64,000 nt of DNA from Albugo candida (taxonomy: Eukaryota): contig JBDOQK010000011.1 in NCBI GenBank assembly GCA_040437565.1, positions 434,001 through 498,000 on the forward strand, written 5' to 3'. Positions within the stretch are counted from its first letter, which is position 1, and every line of letters begins with the position of its first letter. The translations under genes and the position numbers were made by a program. A model generated the notes under the pieces. That model searched no databases and was not told the DNA's origin. It saw only the letters and a list, made by a program, of their open reading frames with translations. Below, piece by piece: positions 24,792 through 35,798 of this stretch.

Positions 24792-25006
24792 TTAAAGCAG
24801 CACATACTTCTTTTATATTGCACTCTTAGTATAGGATTTCTTATTCTGACCGTGCAAAATACATTATTTTGCAACATGCCACAATAAATTGCTAAATTCA
24901 CAAACTAGCCAAATTAGACGCATTGATTTCAAAACTCGGCGCATTTCGACTACCTCTTTGCCTAATTACTGCAGCAAATCCAGCGACTATACGTATTCAA
25001 CCCCTC

Positions 25007-27608
25007 ATGCGCTGGGTACATATTATACCATCTCTATTTGTCAACCTCAGCATCCCGATCGCATCCAAAGAGACACAAATATCTCTTCTAGTGATTCGTG
25101 TCCATTCATTTTCACACCGTCCAAACGCCTCATTTGTTCTTTACAGACACCCAAAGTCATATTACAGTCCATCGGTTTCAATGCGACAATCGAACTACCG
25201 TCATTAAAGAACGGTACGATTCATTCCACGCAGCAAATTCGAAAACGCTGAAATCTGATTTTGTTCTTCAAGGCTCTGTGTACCCGGCGCTTTTGCACTA
25301 TCAAGTCGAATATTTGGACGGTGAGTTGATCCATAATGAGACGATATGTACGACAGATACGCATGGGAACTTTCAATCTCAAGTTGAGATTCCAATAGCC
25401 AAAATTAGGATATTCAGAAGTGGCACACAAAGGCTCATTACGACCGTATACAAAGTCGAAAATACCACGAAATCCGTCGATATACAACCTTCAGACCCGA
25501 AATCCAATACTTCAAATGTTTCTGTCGCAACAGCGCCACAACCCAATGCGATTCGCGATAAACAGGCAGCACCAGCTGGAAAGAGTGCACTCAACACTAA
25601 AGCTGCCCAATTCTTTGAGGTGGACTCATTGCTAAAGCTATATTCCTCTGAAAGCTCTGTGTTTGTATCGCCTGGCTGGGTGTCATTCTTGCCTCCTCTC
25701 GTGACACTTGTGATGTCTGCTGTTCTCAACGATGTCATTCTGGCACTTCTGATGGGAATTTGGTGTGGTGCTACGATCGTATCGCATGGAAATGTCTTGA
25801 CGGGGTTTCTACGAACATTTGACTATTACTGGGTTAACGCTTTTCTCATAGAAGGTCATGCAGGCGTATTGTTATTCACAATCATCCTGGGTGGTACCAT
25901 TGGAATCGTTCAAAAGGGAGGTGGTGCCCATGGCCTGGCGTTTCTTGCACAAAAGTACATGACGTCTCCACTTCGTATGCAATTTGCGACCTGGGCGCTT
26001 TGCCTGACCATTTTCTTTGATGATTTCTCGTGTATTTTAATTATCGGAAGCTCATTACGTCAGATTCTGACTCAGACTGGTGTGAGTCGAGAGAAATTTG
26101 CCGCCATTATTCATACATTGGGTGTATGTCTTCCATCGATGGGTACGTCGGTGCTTTTGTGACGCCATCACTCCTATTGAACGTCTTCCTCTGTAGCGCC
26201 TGTGAGCTCCTGGATCGGTGTTGAGATTGGTTACATAGCTGCTGAGCTTCATAATCTCGGACTGAATTGGGATCCATTTCTCACATGTTTGTCTTGCTTA
26301 CACTATCGGTTCTTCCCTATCTTGTTTATCGGCTTCATTTTCATCACAATAATTTGTCAGAAAGACTTTGCGGGTATGGTACAATTCGAAAAAGATGCAG
26401 CAGCTTCGCCATTACAAACACGTGAAATCTCACCAGCATTTGGAGCCGTACAGCCAGAAGATAGTCCAAAGGCTGAACCAGGTCCAGTGGAACCTGATCC
26501 GAAAAAACCCATGCGATGGCAAAATGCCGCAATTCCGTTCACATTTATCGTAATCGCTACTTTTCTCGGTATGATTATTGACGGTGCTACACGTCTCACC
26601 CAAAACGACCCGAAGCGAAACTATACGATTTTGGACGCATTAAGTGCCTGCAATTCCGTTTCGGCGCTTATTCGAGCGTCCAGCGGTGGATGGCTAATAG
26701 CCAGTCTCTTACTTGGTATTCAACGTATCCTTACGCTCGATGAGCTGGCAAAAGCTTGGGCCGAAGGAACTAAAGATGTGCTCAATCCACTGATCGTTCT
26801 TTTACTAGCATGGGCATTAGGCAGTGTCATCACTGAAATCAATGTCGCATCTTACATCGCCTCATCTGTCGGAAAGCAAGTCCGATCCGAATACATCTCT
26901 TCTCTCGCGGCTGTTTTCTGCTATGTGGTATCCTTTGCCACTGGAAGCGCTTTCGGAACAATGGCCATCATGTTCCCTATCATTTCTCCTTTGGCGTACG
27001 AAATAAGCGGTGGTGACTCGGATGTGTTGATGCAATGTTTTGGAAGTGTTCTTGGAAGCTCTATTTTCGGTAATATTTGCTCGCCTATCGCTGACACTTC
27101 GATTCTCGTCTCATTATCGACACACGTTCCATTGGATAATCATATTCGAAGCATTTTGCCTTACGCGCTATTAGTTGGAATTATTTCGATTGTCGGTGGA
27201 TCACTTCCCATTTCGTTTCGGATTTTGAGCACATTTTCAGCATTCATTCTTTCCTTTGCAGCGCTTTTATTAATTGTGTTTTTTTGTGGTACGCGTGTGA
27301 ACCGAAGGTATCGGGCGCTTTCTTCGTGCAGTTTGGATACAATTTCGGCATCTTCAGTTGCGACGCCGCCGCCAGAAACATTACGTGAAGATACGTATTC
27401 AGAAAGAAAAGCACATCCAAATGCCAATTCAAATTCACACGCGCAAGTTTTATCGCCTATTTTGGCGTCTCCGTCCCATTCGTCACATGGAGAGCTTTAT
27501 GGAGGGAATGGATCGTATAGCTCGATACCCGCGTTTCGGGAGCTTCCGTATTACTCCTCATACGGAGAAAAAGCGGATGAGAAGAGTGCTTTATTAGCGC
27601 ATTCTTGA
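25007..27608 (+). CDS. NhaC-family (ion transporter superfamily) Na+/H+ antiporter-like membrane protein with an N-terminal extracellular domain
   Basis: SFLPPLVTL, GGAHG, IFFDD, VSREK, PVSSW, SFATGSAFGTM and CSPIADT. GT-AG introns at 25091-25146, about 25214-25272 and about 26143-26196. Confidence 0.82.
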
Positions 27609-27820
27609 TGTTAGCCTATCACTTAACGGATAATAATAATGTAACAACGGATTATTGTTGGATGTGTCCTGTTNNNNNNNNNNNNNNNNNNNNNNNNNNN
27701 NNNNNNNNNNNNNNNNNNNNNNNNNNNNNNNNNNNNNNNNNNNNNNNNNNNNNNNNNNNNNNNNNNNNNNNNNATAATGTAACAACGGATTATTGTTGGA
27801 TGTGTCATGTTACTACGAAT

Positions 27821-28946
27821 ATGACAAGCATGGAAATGAGTGCTGATAGTAATCCTTATTTGGACTACTTTAACGAATTCGTAGAGAGCGCACCGAAGGA
27901 TTTTGCGCATGTGTTTAATGATGAGATGGATGAGGATACGCGTCAAAAGTATCACAATATGCTTGATGTACAGATCGCAATGGTAAAGACGATTGGATTC
28001 ATGCATTGATATGCTGAAAATGTTGGTGCCGATTGGTAGAAATATGCGTGGGCGATCCCTGATGAGAGAGCGTTGCAGATTATCAAGTGTTATGGACCGG
28101 TAACACTGACATGGTTTGATGTTGACAGAACATATCAGAATGATGATCAGATTGTAGAAATGGGTGCAGGAACAGGATACTGGGCAAAACTATTGGAGCT
28201 TCGTGGTGTTGACATTATCTGTTATGATTTACATGGATCAGAATCGATTGAGGTGGAAAGTCCCACTGAGGTCAATGGGTCCAATGAAACCGATAAAAGC
28301 CCGAGACAAAGCGACGGGGAAGAAGGTGAGTTGTTGGAACAGTATTACTGGACAAAGGTCTTGTCTGGAACACCAGAGGTATACGCGATTGAGACTACAT
28401 CGCAAAAATCTTTTTAGATTGTGTCTTTAGGTGCTGTCAAAGCACACAGAACGCACATTACTGCTTTGCTATCCGGACGATTTTGAGGAGAGCGAGGAAT
28501 CAATGGCGTTGACTTGTCTGGATCACTATAATGGAGACACAATCATCCATGTCGGCGAATGGCTTGGGCAGACATTGTGCCTTCCAGATGCTTGGTACTG
28601 CGAAAATCAAGGAGTGTAATGCTAAATGTGATCTTTTTTTCGTTGTAGGGGACGTACATCCTCACCAGAGTTTCAAGTGAAATTGTCTGCAATCTACCAC
28701 AAAGTCCTTCAAGTTCCGCTTCCATCTTGGCATTCAAGCATGGACACGTTGACTGTATGGAAACGTACACGAACGTGTGTCATGGAAGATGGAAAGTACG
28801 CATACATTCCAGTCGAAGAGCGGTTGGATCTCATTGAAGCATGTCCTTCTACTCGCCATTTGCTTTGTCTTGCCAATCTAGTGAAGGAATCAGATGTGCA
28901 CACGCGAAAACGAAGTCGATCATCAGAATCAGACGCACCAAGTTAG
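27821..28946 (+). CDS. Class I SAM-dependent methyltransferase-like protein (multi-exon)
   Basis: YAWAIPDERAL, VEMGAGTGYWAKLL, RTLLLCYP and IIHVGE. Confidence 0.7.
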
Positions 28947-29667
28947 AGTAAAATACACAATTATAGTTGCCCAGTTTGCAATAAGCCACAAAAATGTCCC
29001 CACGCGCTACCGATAAGAGCATCGGATCTTCTGCACAGGAAAACGACGATTCGACTCTCAATAGGCAGTCTAATCGTAATAAACTCCCAGAAGAGGTGGT
29101 CACACATCCTCTGGTCTTGCTGAGTATCGTTGNNNNNNNNNNNNNNNNNNNNNNNNNNNNNNNNNNNNNNNNNNNNNNNNNNNNNNNNNNNNNNNNNNNN
29201 NNNNNNNNNNNNNNNNNNNNNNNNNNNNNNNNATGGCTTGGGCAGACATTGTGCCTTCCAGATGCTTGGTACTGCGAAAATCAAGGAGTGTAATGCTAAA
29301 TGTGATCTTTTTTTCGTTGTAGGGGACGTACATCCTCACCAGAGTTTCAAGTGAAATTGTCTGCAATCTACCACAAAGTCCTTCAAGTTCCGCTTCCATC
29401 TTGGCATTCAAGCATGGACACGTTGACTGTATGGAAACGTACACGAACGTGTGTCATGGAAGATGGAAAGTACGCATACATTCCAGTCGAAGAGCGGTTG
29501 GATCTCATTGAAGCATGTCCTTCTACTCGCCATTTGCTTTGTCTTGCCAATCTAGTGAAGGAATCAGATGTGCACACGCGAAAACGAAGTCGATCATCAG
29601 AATCAGACGCACCAAGTTAGAGTAAAATACACAATTATAGTTGCCCAGTTTGCAATAAGCCACAAAA

Positions 29668-30793
29668 ATGTCCCCACGCGCTACCGATAAGAGCATCGCA
29701 TCTTCTGCACAGGAAAACGACGATTCGACTCTCAATAGGAAGTCTAATCGTAATAAACTCCCAGAAGAGGTGGTCACACATCCTCTGGTCTTGCTGAGTA
29801 TCGTTGATCATTACAATCGAGTTGCCAAAGATACGAGCAAGCGAGTTGTAGGAATCTTATTAGGCTCAACATACCATGGGAAATGTGACATCACCAATTC
29901 CTTTGCCGTACCTTTTGATGAAGATCTAAGAAATCCTGGAATTTGGTATTTGGATCATGATTTCCTCGACCAAATGCTCACAATGTTCAGAAAAATTAAT
30001 GGTACGCGATACACTAAATTCGGTACATTTGATCTGATCGCATTTGATTTTGATTTTTAGCCAAAGAATATGTCGTCGGATTTTATAGTACGGGTCCCAG
30101 AATTCGAAAAGCTGACTTGGAAATAGACGAATTGATACGCCGATTTTGCGCGAATCCGGTGCTCGTCATCTGTGACGTTCGTCCGAACGTTGAAGGGTTC
30201 CCGACGACCGCATACGGCTCCATTGAAGAAGTAGAAGAAGACGGAAAAGCGATCAAAAGGACTTTCAAGCATATCAAATCGACAATTGGAGCGTACGAAG
30301 CCGAAGAAGTCGGTGTCGAGCACTTGTTACGTGACATCAATGACCCATCTGTCAGCTCTTTGGCCGATCAAGTGAAGCATAAGATGACTGCTCTCATGGG
30401 ACTTCGAGAACGTTTGGAAGAGATGAAAACGTATCTTCAAAATGTGGTGAATGGAAAATTGCCTCCCAATCACCAAATTATGTACAATATGCAAACGATA
30501 TTCAATCTACTGCCGAGGCTCAACGACGAAGCGCTTATTCGATCGATGTTTGTGAAAACCAACGATATGCATTTTGTGAGTGGAATTATAGTTTTATACA
30601 GCGAAATGCTCACTTGTTTTTGTAGGCAATCTATCTATCGTCGTTGATACGATGCACAATCGCACTTCACAATTTGGTCAACAACAAAATCAAATACAAA
30701 GAAGCCGAGAATTTGAGTATCACCGAAAGTAAAGCAGAAACAATCTCCACGGAAGACGCAAAAAATGACAGCAAGACAAACGATAAAAAGTAA
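29668..30793 (+). CDS. PSMD7: 26S proteasome lid subunit Rpn8 (MPN domain)
   Basis: [45 protein letters not shown] and KTND. Two introns. Confidence 0.95.
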
Positions 30794-30803
30794 ATTAATA
30801 TAC

Positions 30804-32603
30804 TTATCGTCGTATCGTCAAATTCATACGATGCGTTTCCTCGGAGAAAAGACTTGCGATTCGCCAATGACTCGTTGCAATCGCAAGATCCCAAGCGCTG
30901 TCTCCTTCGTGATTGCGTATAGTACCATCGACTCCGTGTGCCAGCAGCAACGCACTCTGCTCGATTCTTCCCCATTGCGCTGCAAGGTGTAAGGGCGTAT
31001 TTCCAGCAGGATCTTGAGTCAGTGTGATATTCGGATGATACGCAAAAAGCATTTTCATGATCGCAATAGACTCGATCGTAGCTGCTCGATGAAAGACCGT
31101 GATTCCTTTCGAACACGACAAGCTCACATTTGCACCGGCTTCCAGCACTAAACGTACAATTTCGTCCTGCATGCATTCGACTGCAACCATAAGTGCTGTC
31201 TGTCCTCTATTATCACACCAATTCAAATCGAGCTCTTGACACGTGAGAAGAAGACCCACAATATCGCAATTTCCATTCACACACGCGACTATCAGTGCTG
31301 AAGATTGATCATTTTGTATCATTGTATTTGGATCCGTGCCTCGACTCAAAAACAATTTTACAGCATTCAGATTTCCGACTTGACAAGCGACATAGAATGC
31401 CAACTCCCATTGTCGCGTTTGACTCTGATGGAAAAGGCTTTCGTGGTGTTGGAGCTCTGCTGTCAGACGATTATGAGGAAATTGGAGGAGAAGATAATGT
31501 ACAAGTTCCTCAAAGTATGATTTCGTTTTCTTCACAGAAGCCGATCGAACTCGAAGTCGTGGTAACCGTCTCAGTTCACAGAGTATTTGATCGTGCGCAG
31601 CGGAACGCTTGGGCTCTACTTTTGATATTCCGCTGTTTAGTTGATCTGGTACTTGCTGGTTGCTAAAGCTCTGATCGTCCACGTCATTAAAATCGTAAAG
31701 CTCTGTGGAATCTAACAGTCTTCTCTCCAGTACGATCTGCTGGCTAGGATGTTCCAGCATCGGTACCGCATCGTCCACGACAGCGACTCCGACGTGAGCT
31801 GACTCAAGATCGTTCTCCCACGCCGTCAGAGCTTCCGTATGTTCCGCGTCTTCAAATTCGCCATTTTCTATTTGGTTCCCCGTGTTGAATGATTCAATTC
31901 CTACCGAACGCGTGCGTATAACACTGCTGGGTGATGAACTTGAGAACGAGAAAGGTGCTTCCAAGCTCTCTTTCCAAGCTGCCAGCGACACTGGAGATCT
32001 CGTCAATAATCGAGATCGAAGGTTTTCATCAAAGCCAATAAAGGATGAGAATAGTAAAAGTACGTCACATTGCTCATACAAATCGATACGTTGGAGAGTA
32101 GCTCGTGGGATGGACATACAAAACTGATGGACACTGACAAGAAATTTTTGTAGCGCTAGTCGCCGAGAATCGATTCGGGCTTTGGAACGATACGGCAAAA
32201 TGGAGAGTACGCGTGATGGAAATGGAACAGATTTCAGTGACTGATCCATCTCTCTAAATGGACAATGATTCCCATTGCAGTGACAACATGTAGACCCATT
32301 ATCCTTTTCATCCAATGTCAAGTACTGAGGTCCATCCGTTGAAAAAAAATCAGCGACTTTCGGCTGATCGATTGACGCCCTCAACTCTTCTGACGTGACT
32401 TGTGCGTCGACTTTGGTGAGTGTTTTCAATTCATTCCGAAAGTTTCGAAAATCGGAATATGTTCGCGAAGCAGACCAAAATACATTTTCTGACTCTCTCG
32501 TGCGTGCGTCTCGAGGTGTTCGAAGCCGTATGCAGTAATAACACCGCGAGTCTTTGGTCTCCCATCGAGGCACTGAGATCTCAACGCCACGTAGCCAGCT
32601 CAT
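30804..32603 (-). CDS. PX domain + ankyrin-repeat protein
   Basis: PX: YYCIRL, RTYSDF, FPSR, RRLALQKFL. C-terminal ankyrin repeats include GQTALM and GNTPLHLAA. First ATG at 32603. Confidence 0.82.
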   Translation of the reverse strand: MSWLRGVEISVPRWETKDSRCYYCIRLRTPRDARTRESENVFWSASRTYSDFRNFRNELKTLTKVDAQVTSEELRASIDQPKVADFFSTDGPQYLTLDEKDNGSTCCHCNGNHCPFREMDQSLKSVPFPSRVLSILPYRSKARIDSRRLALQKFLVSVHQFCMSIPRATLQRIDLYEQCDVLLLFSSFIGFDENLRSRLLTRSPVSLAAWKESLEAPFSFSSSSPSSVIRTRSVGIESFNTGNQIENGEFEDAEHTEALTAWENDLESAHVGVAVVDDAVPMLEHPSQQIVLERRLLDSTELYDFNDVDDQSFSNQQVPDQLNSGISKVEPKRSAAHDQILCELRRLPRLRVRSASVKKTKSYFEELVHYLLLQFPHNRLTAELQHHESLFHQSQTRQWELAFYVACQVGNLNAVKLFLSRGTDPNTMIQNDQSSALIVACVNGNCDIVGLLLTCQELDLNWCDNRGQTALMVAVECMQDEIVRLVLEAGANVSLSCSKGITVFHRAATIESIAIMKMLFAYHPNITLTQDPAGNTPLHLAAQWGRIEQSALLLAHGVDGTIRNHEGDSAWDLAIATSHWRIASLFSEETHRMNLTIRR

Positions 32604-32616
32604 GCGATACGATCGT

Positions 32617-34212
32617 CTATATCGAGCCAAAATGATTTTCTTCCGTTACGTTCCATATGGATATTTTTGCTCTTTGCAGAGGATCGTGCAAAGAGTATTG
32701 CTGTAACATGCTGCAAACACCGCTATAGCCATTCATTTTCGCTACTGTCAGTGCAGTGTCGCCATTAATCGATGATCGATGTACATCGGCATGGTGCTGT
32801 AGTAAGAGGCGACAAATAGCGGTCGAGCCCAACTTCGCCGCAAAATGGAGAGGTGTAATGCCATTCGAAGTCACCACGTTGACTTCTGCACCGTGAAAGA
32901 TCAATAAACGGACAAGATCAGCGCATTTGGCGACAATTGCCGCGTGTAAAGGATATGTCCCACGTAACGAAGCGATAGAGCTATCTGCTCCAGCTTCGAG
33001 AAGAAGTCTTGCCGCCTCATATTTTCCATGACGACATGCTGCCACTAATGATGTTACTCCAACGTTGTTCTGGGCGTCAACATGTGCTCCTTCTTGGAGT
33101 AAGACAGAGAGGACTGAGGAATGTCCCATTCGAGCTGCTACATGGAGGCAAGTAGTCCCGTCTCCAATTGACACATTGGGATTTGAACGATAAAATAATA
33201 TCATTCTTACTGCGTAAATGTGCCCCACCCAGCATGCCACATACAACGTCAATTCCCATCGACGTTGCTCACTAAGCTCAGGAACCTCTAATTCCTCAAT
33301 GTGGTGACCATACTGTTGTAAAAGATGATTGCAATATTCCTCCAATACATTTTGTGGTGAGTCAATTTGCATTGGCTGTATCTTGAGCGTTGGGAGTGAT
33401 TGCATTTGCTGTAAAGGTCGCATGAGATTTTCGTATACATACATCGTCTTCTCTATGTCTCTCTCGAGCACCATTTCCCTGATAGTCACCGAGTCATTAT
33501 GGCTCGTTTTGACTGGAATGGATTCGGGGTGTGTTTCTTCATTATGTGCCTCTTTGTAGCGTGCGTGATGCTCTCTTTCGACCCACCACGACGTTAATTG
33601 GAGTGGACCTCGTGCTTTTTGAATATTGCCTTGCGTCCTCATCATTTCGGCGATGTAAATGTGCATGTTCAGAAACTCCAGACATGCATTGGCGATCCCA
33701 CATGCTCCATGCTGTATGGCTTCATCTAATGTTTCGGACGGAAATTGTGAGAAATTCCATTGTAAGGCTTCAAGAAAACTATTGAATGCGTTTCGACGAG
33801 ACTCCTGAAGCAAAAACCGTTGTCGAGTCGAATACATGTGAAATGCTTTCTTGGGTGGAAAATGAAGTGGTTCCAAGTGTTGATGGAGAGTATGAAATGG
33901 ACATAGAATGATTCCCTTTTCCATCGCCACACCTTCTTTCAGCCTACAAAGACAGCTACCCGAGCGCCATAACTCACGTTTGAAAGGCCCCAAGGGCCTA
34001 TTGTGCTTGGAATACGGCCGCGTTAGATTCAGCAAAGTCTTTCGAATAAGTCGAAATTCCGAATACGATCGTAATACGACGAATTGCGGGCGTGTACCGA
34101 CAGAATTCAAATTCTCAGGTGATTTCTTACTGATTTCAATCACGAAGTAAGTTTTTCCGCGATGAAGCTCAAATTTTGGAATATGTAAATTATATTGCTG
34201 AGACCAATGCAT
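32617..34212 (-). CDS. PX domain + ankyrin-repeat protein (tandem paralog)
   Basis: PX: TYFVIEI, RSYSEF, FPPK, RRNAFNSFL. Ankyrin repeats: GTTCLHVAA, GTYPLHAA, GITPLHFAA. Shares the WEL..YVAC.VG junction with its neighbour. First ATG at 34212. Confidence 0.82.
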   Translation of the reverse strand: MHWSQQYNLHIPKFELHRGKTYFVIEISKKSPENLNSVGTRPQFVVLRSYSEFRLIRKTLLNLTRPYSKHNRPLGPFKRELWRSGSCLCRLKEGVAMEKGIILCPFHTLHQHLEPLHFPPKKAFHMYSTRQRFLLQESRRNAFNSFLEALQWNFSQFPSETLDEAIQHGACGIANACLEFLNMHIYIAEMMRTQGNIQKARGPLQLTSWWVEREHHARYKEAHNEETHPESIPVKTSHNDSVTIREMVLERDIEKTMYVYENLMRPLQQMQSLPTLKIQPMQIDSPQNVLEEYCNHLLQQYGHHIEELEVPELSEQRRWELTLYVACWVGHIYAVRMILFYRSNPNVSIGDGTTCLHVAARMGHSSVLSVLLQEGAHVDAQNNVGVTSLVAACRHGKYEAARLLLEAGADSSIASLRGTYPLHAAIVAKCADLVRLLIFHGAEVNVVTSNGITPLHFAAKLGSTAICRLLLQHHADVHRSSINGDTALTVAKMNGYSGVCSMLQQYSLHDPLQRAKISIWNVTEENHFGSI

Positions 34213-34744
34213 CTTGAGGTTTGATGACCGAATGGTGCCTTTGTACGAGAAAAAATACAAATGTCGTTCATATGAGTTAGCATGTAATTAGACACTGTGT
34301 CATGGTGGGTAGGTAGCCTGCGAATGACATTAGTGAGCAAGGTGTATGGACGATCAAGCAACAATGTGAAGGCTATGCGCTGGACATCCAGCGATTGTCT
34401 AAGCAGATTCTATTGGTTATTAAGATATTTTAAGGCGTGAGATTGGTCAAAAGTCTTCGATGCAGCCAAATCCGCTATTTGATTGGACAAGATGGCTTGG
34501 GAAAAACACATGGAATACCCACGCATACTCATCAGCAGAGTATCATTTCTTCCCTGAATCAGCCTTGTTTTTACAGCGTTTGCTTTGATATTGGATGAAT
34601 TTCACGTGCAGTGGGTGAGATGACTCATAACAGATGCTCTGCATATGTCCCAAGTTGTATGTCTCCGAGGCACCTGCGAATTGAGCGAGCTTGAGTCACG
34701 CTTACCATGCCTACGTGTCTTTGCTTCCATTGAGTATTCGCCTA

Positions 34745-35740
34745 TCATTTTCGACCTATCTTGCTGCCTTCGGTCCGAATAAATCCAGCAGCCTCCAAAC
34801 CTTGTCGTGCAATGCTGAGAATGTGTTTGAAACGTACTGGACCGAGATGAATACCGCCATACCATCGCGATACAACAACAGCGACATTCTCCACGTTTGT
34901 CACCTGCAACAAATGAGAAAGTTTGCTACCAGCGCCATCTTCCCCATCACTATCGTTATCTTTGAGGGTATGATCCGATACGATCCGATACGCCAAGATA
35001 TTATGAGTTGCACGTGCGATTTTTTGATCGCTTAATAAGACACCGATGAAGGCTGATACATCCTCGATGCTATTTACATTGACAATATGTGCCTGAAAAA
35101 CGCTTTTCCGATCGATTATTGTGTCTGTGTGGTAGATATATGGAGCAATACGCTTCTCTATGCATAAATTGCGGGTGTATTGGCTCATTCTCGGTCGCGT
35201 CATTTTCGACTTCAACGGGACCGCCTTCCGTTCTGGTTCTTTATTCATGTCGCTCGATAAAATCTGTTCATCTGTAGCCGGAAGAACAATTGTCTCACGA
35301 ATATACTCTATCCACTCATAAATACACGGCTGTCCCTTACTTTGCTGAAAACACTCTTTCTAACACAAGTATTTAGACACCAGTGACGTTGACAGAGGAA
35401 CAGTATACTACCAGTTTTTCTATAATCCAACTGCATTGTTCGCTTTTCAGCCCGAACGAATTATGAATTCGACCAATCGGCGCTTCAACTGACGGATATG
35501 TCGGCGGGAATTCCACAAACAGGGCAAGACTGAATTGTCCCGGGAATTTAATAATGCAAGATCGAATACTTTGTATGCCACATCCAGTACTCTCATTTAC
35601 AAATGATTCAAAGTCATTGGCGTAGATAGACTGCAGCGCATCAAATTCATCAATCTACGCAGATACACTGTGGGCATACTTATCAGTCAGAAAATGATGG
35701 TTTTGGTAGCAACCTGGAGCTGTTCATCGGATGTCTCCAT
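34745..35740 (-). CDS. IMPACT: IMPACT/Yih1-like protein (RWD + UPF0029 domain), multi-exon
   Basis: RWD exons DEFDALQSIY, FPPTYPS and GQPCIYEWIE. Ancient domain DRKSVFQAH, ATHNILAYR, DGEDGAG and VSRWYGGIHLGPVRF. Confidence 0.88.
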
Positions 35741-35798
35741 TCGACTCTTGAGCCAATCGAATATGTCAAATCTGATTTCTAGCCAATCATTCTCCGAT

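Noticed and set aside
28994-29620. Apparent second Rpn8 start and second methyltransferase 3' end
   Set aside because: Near-identical sequence either side of a 100-N gap; contig overlap or allele rather than extra genes.
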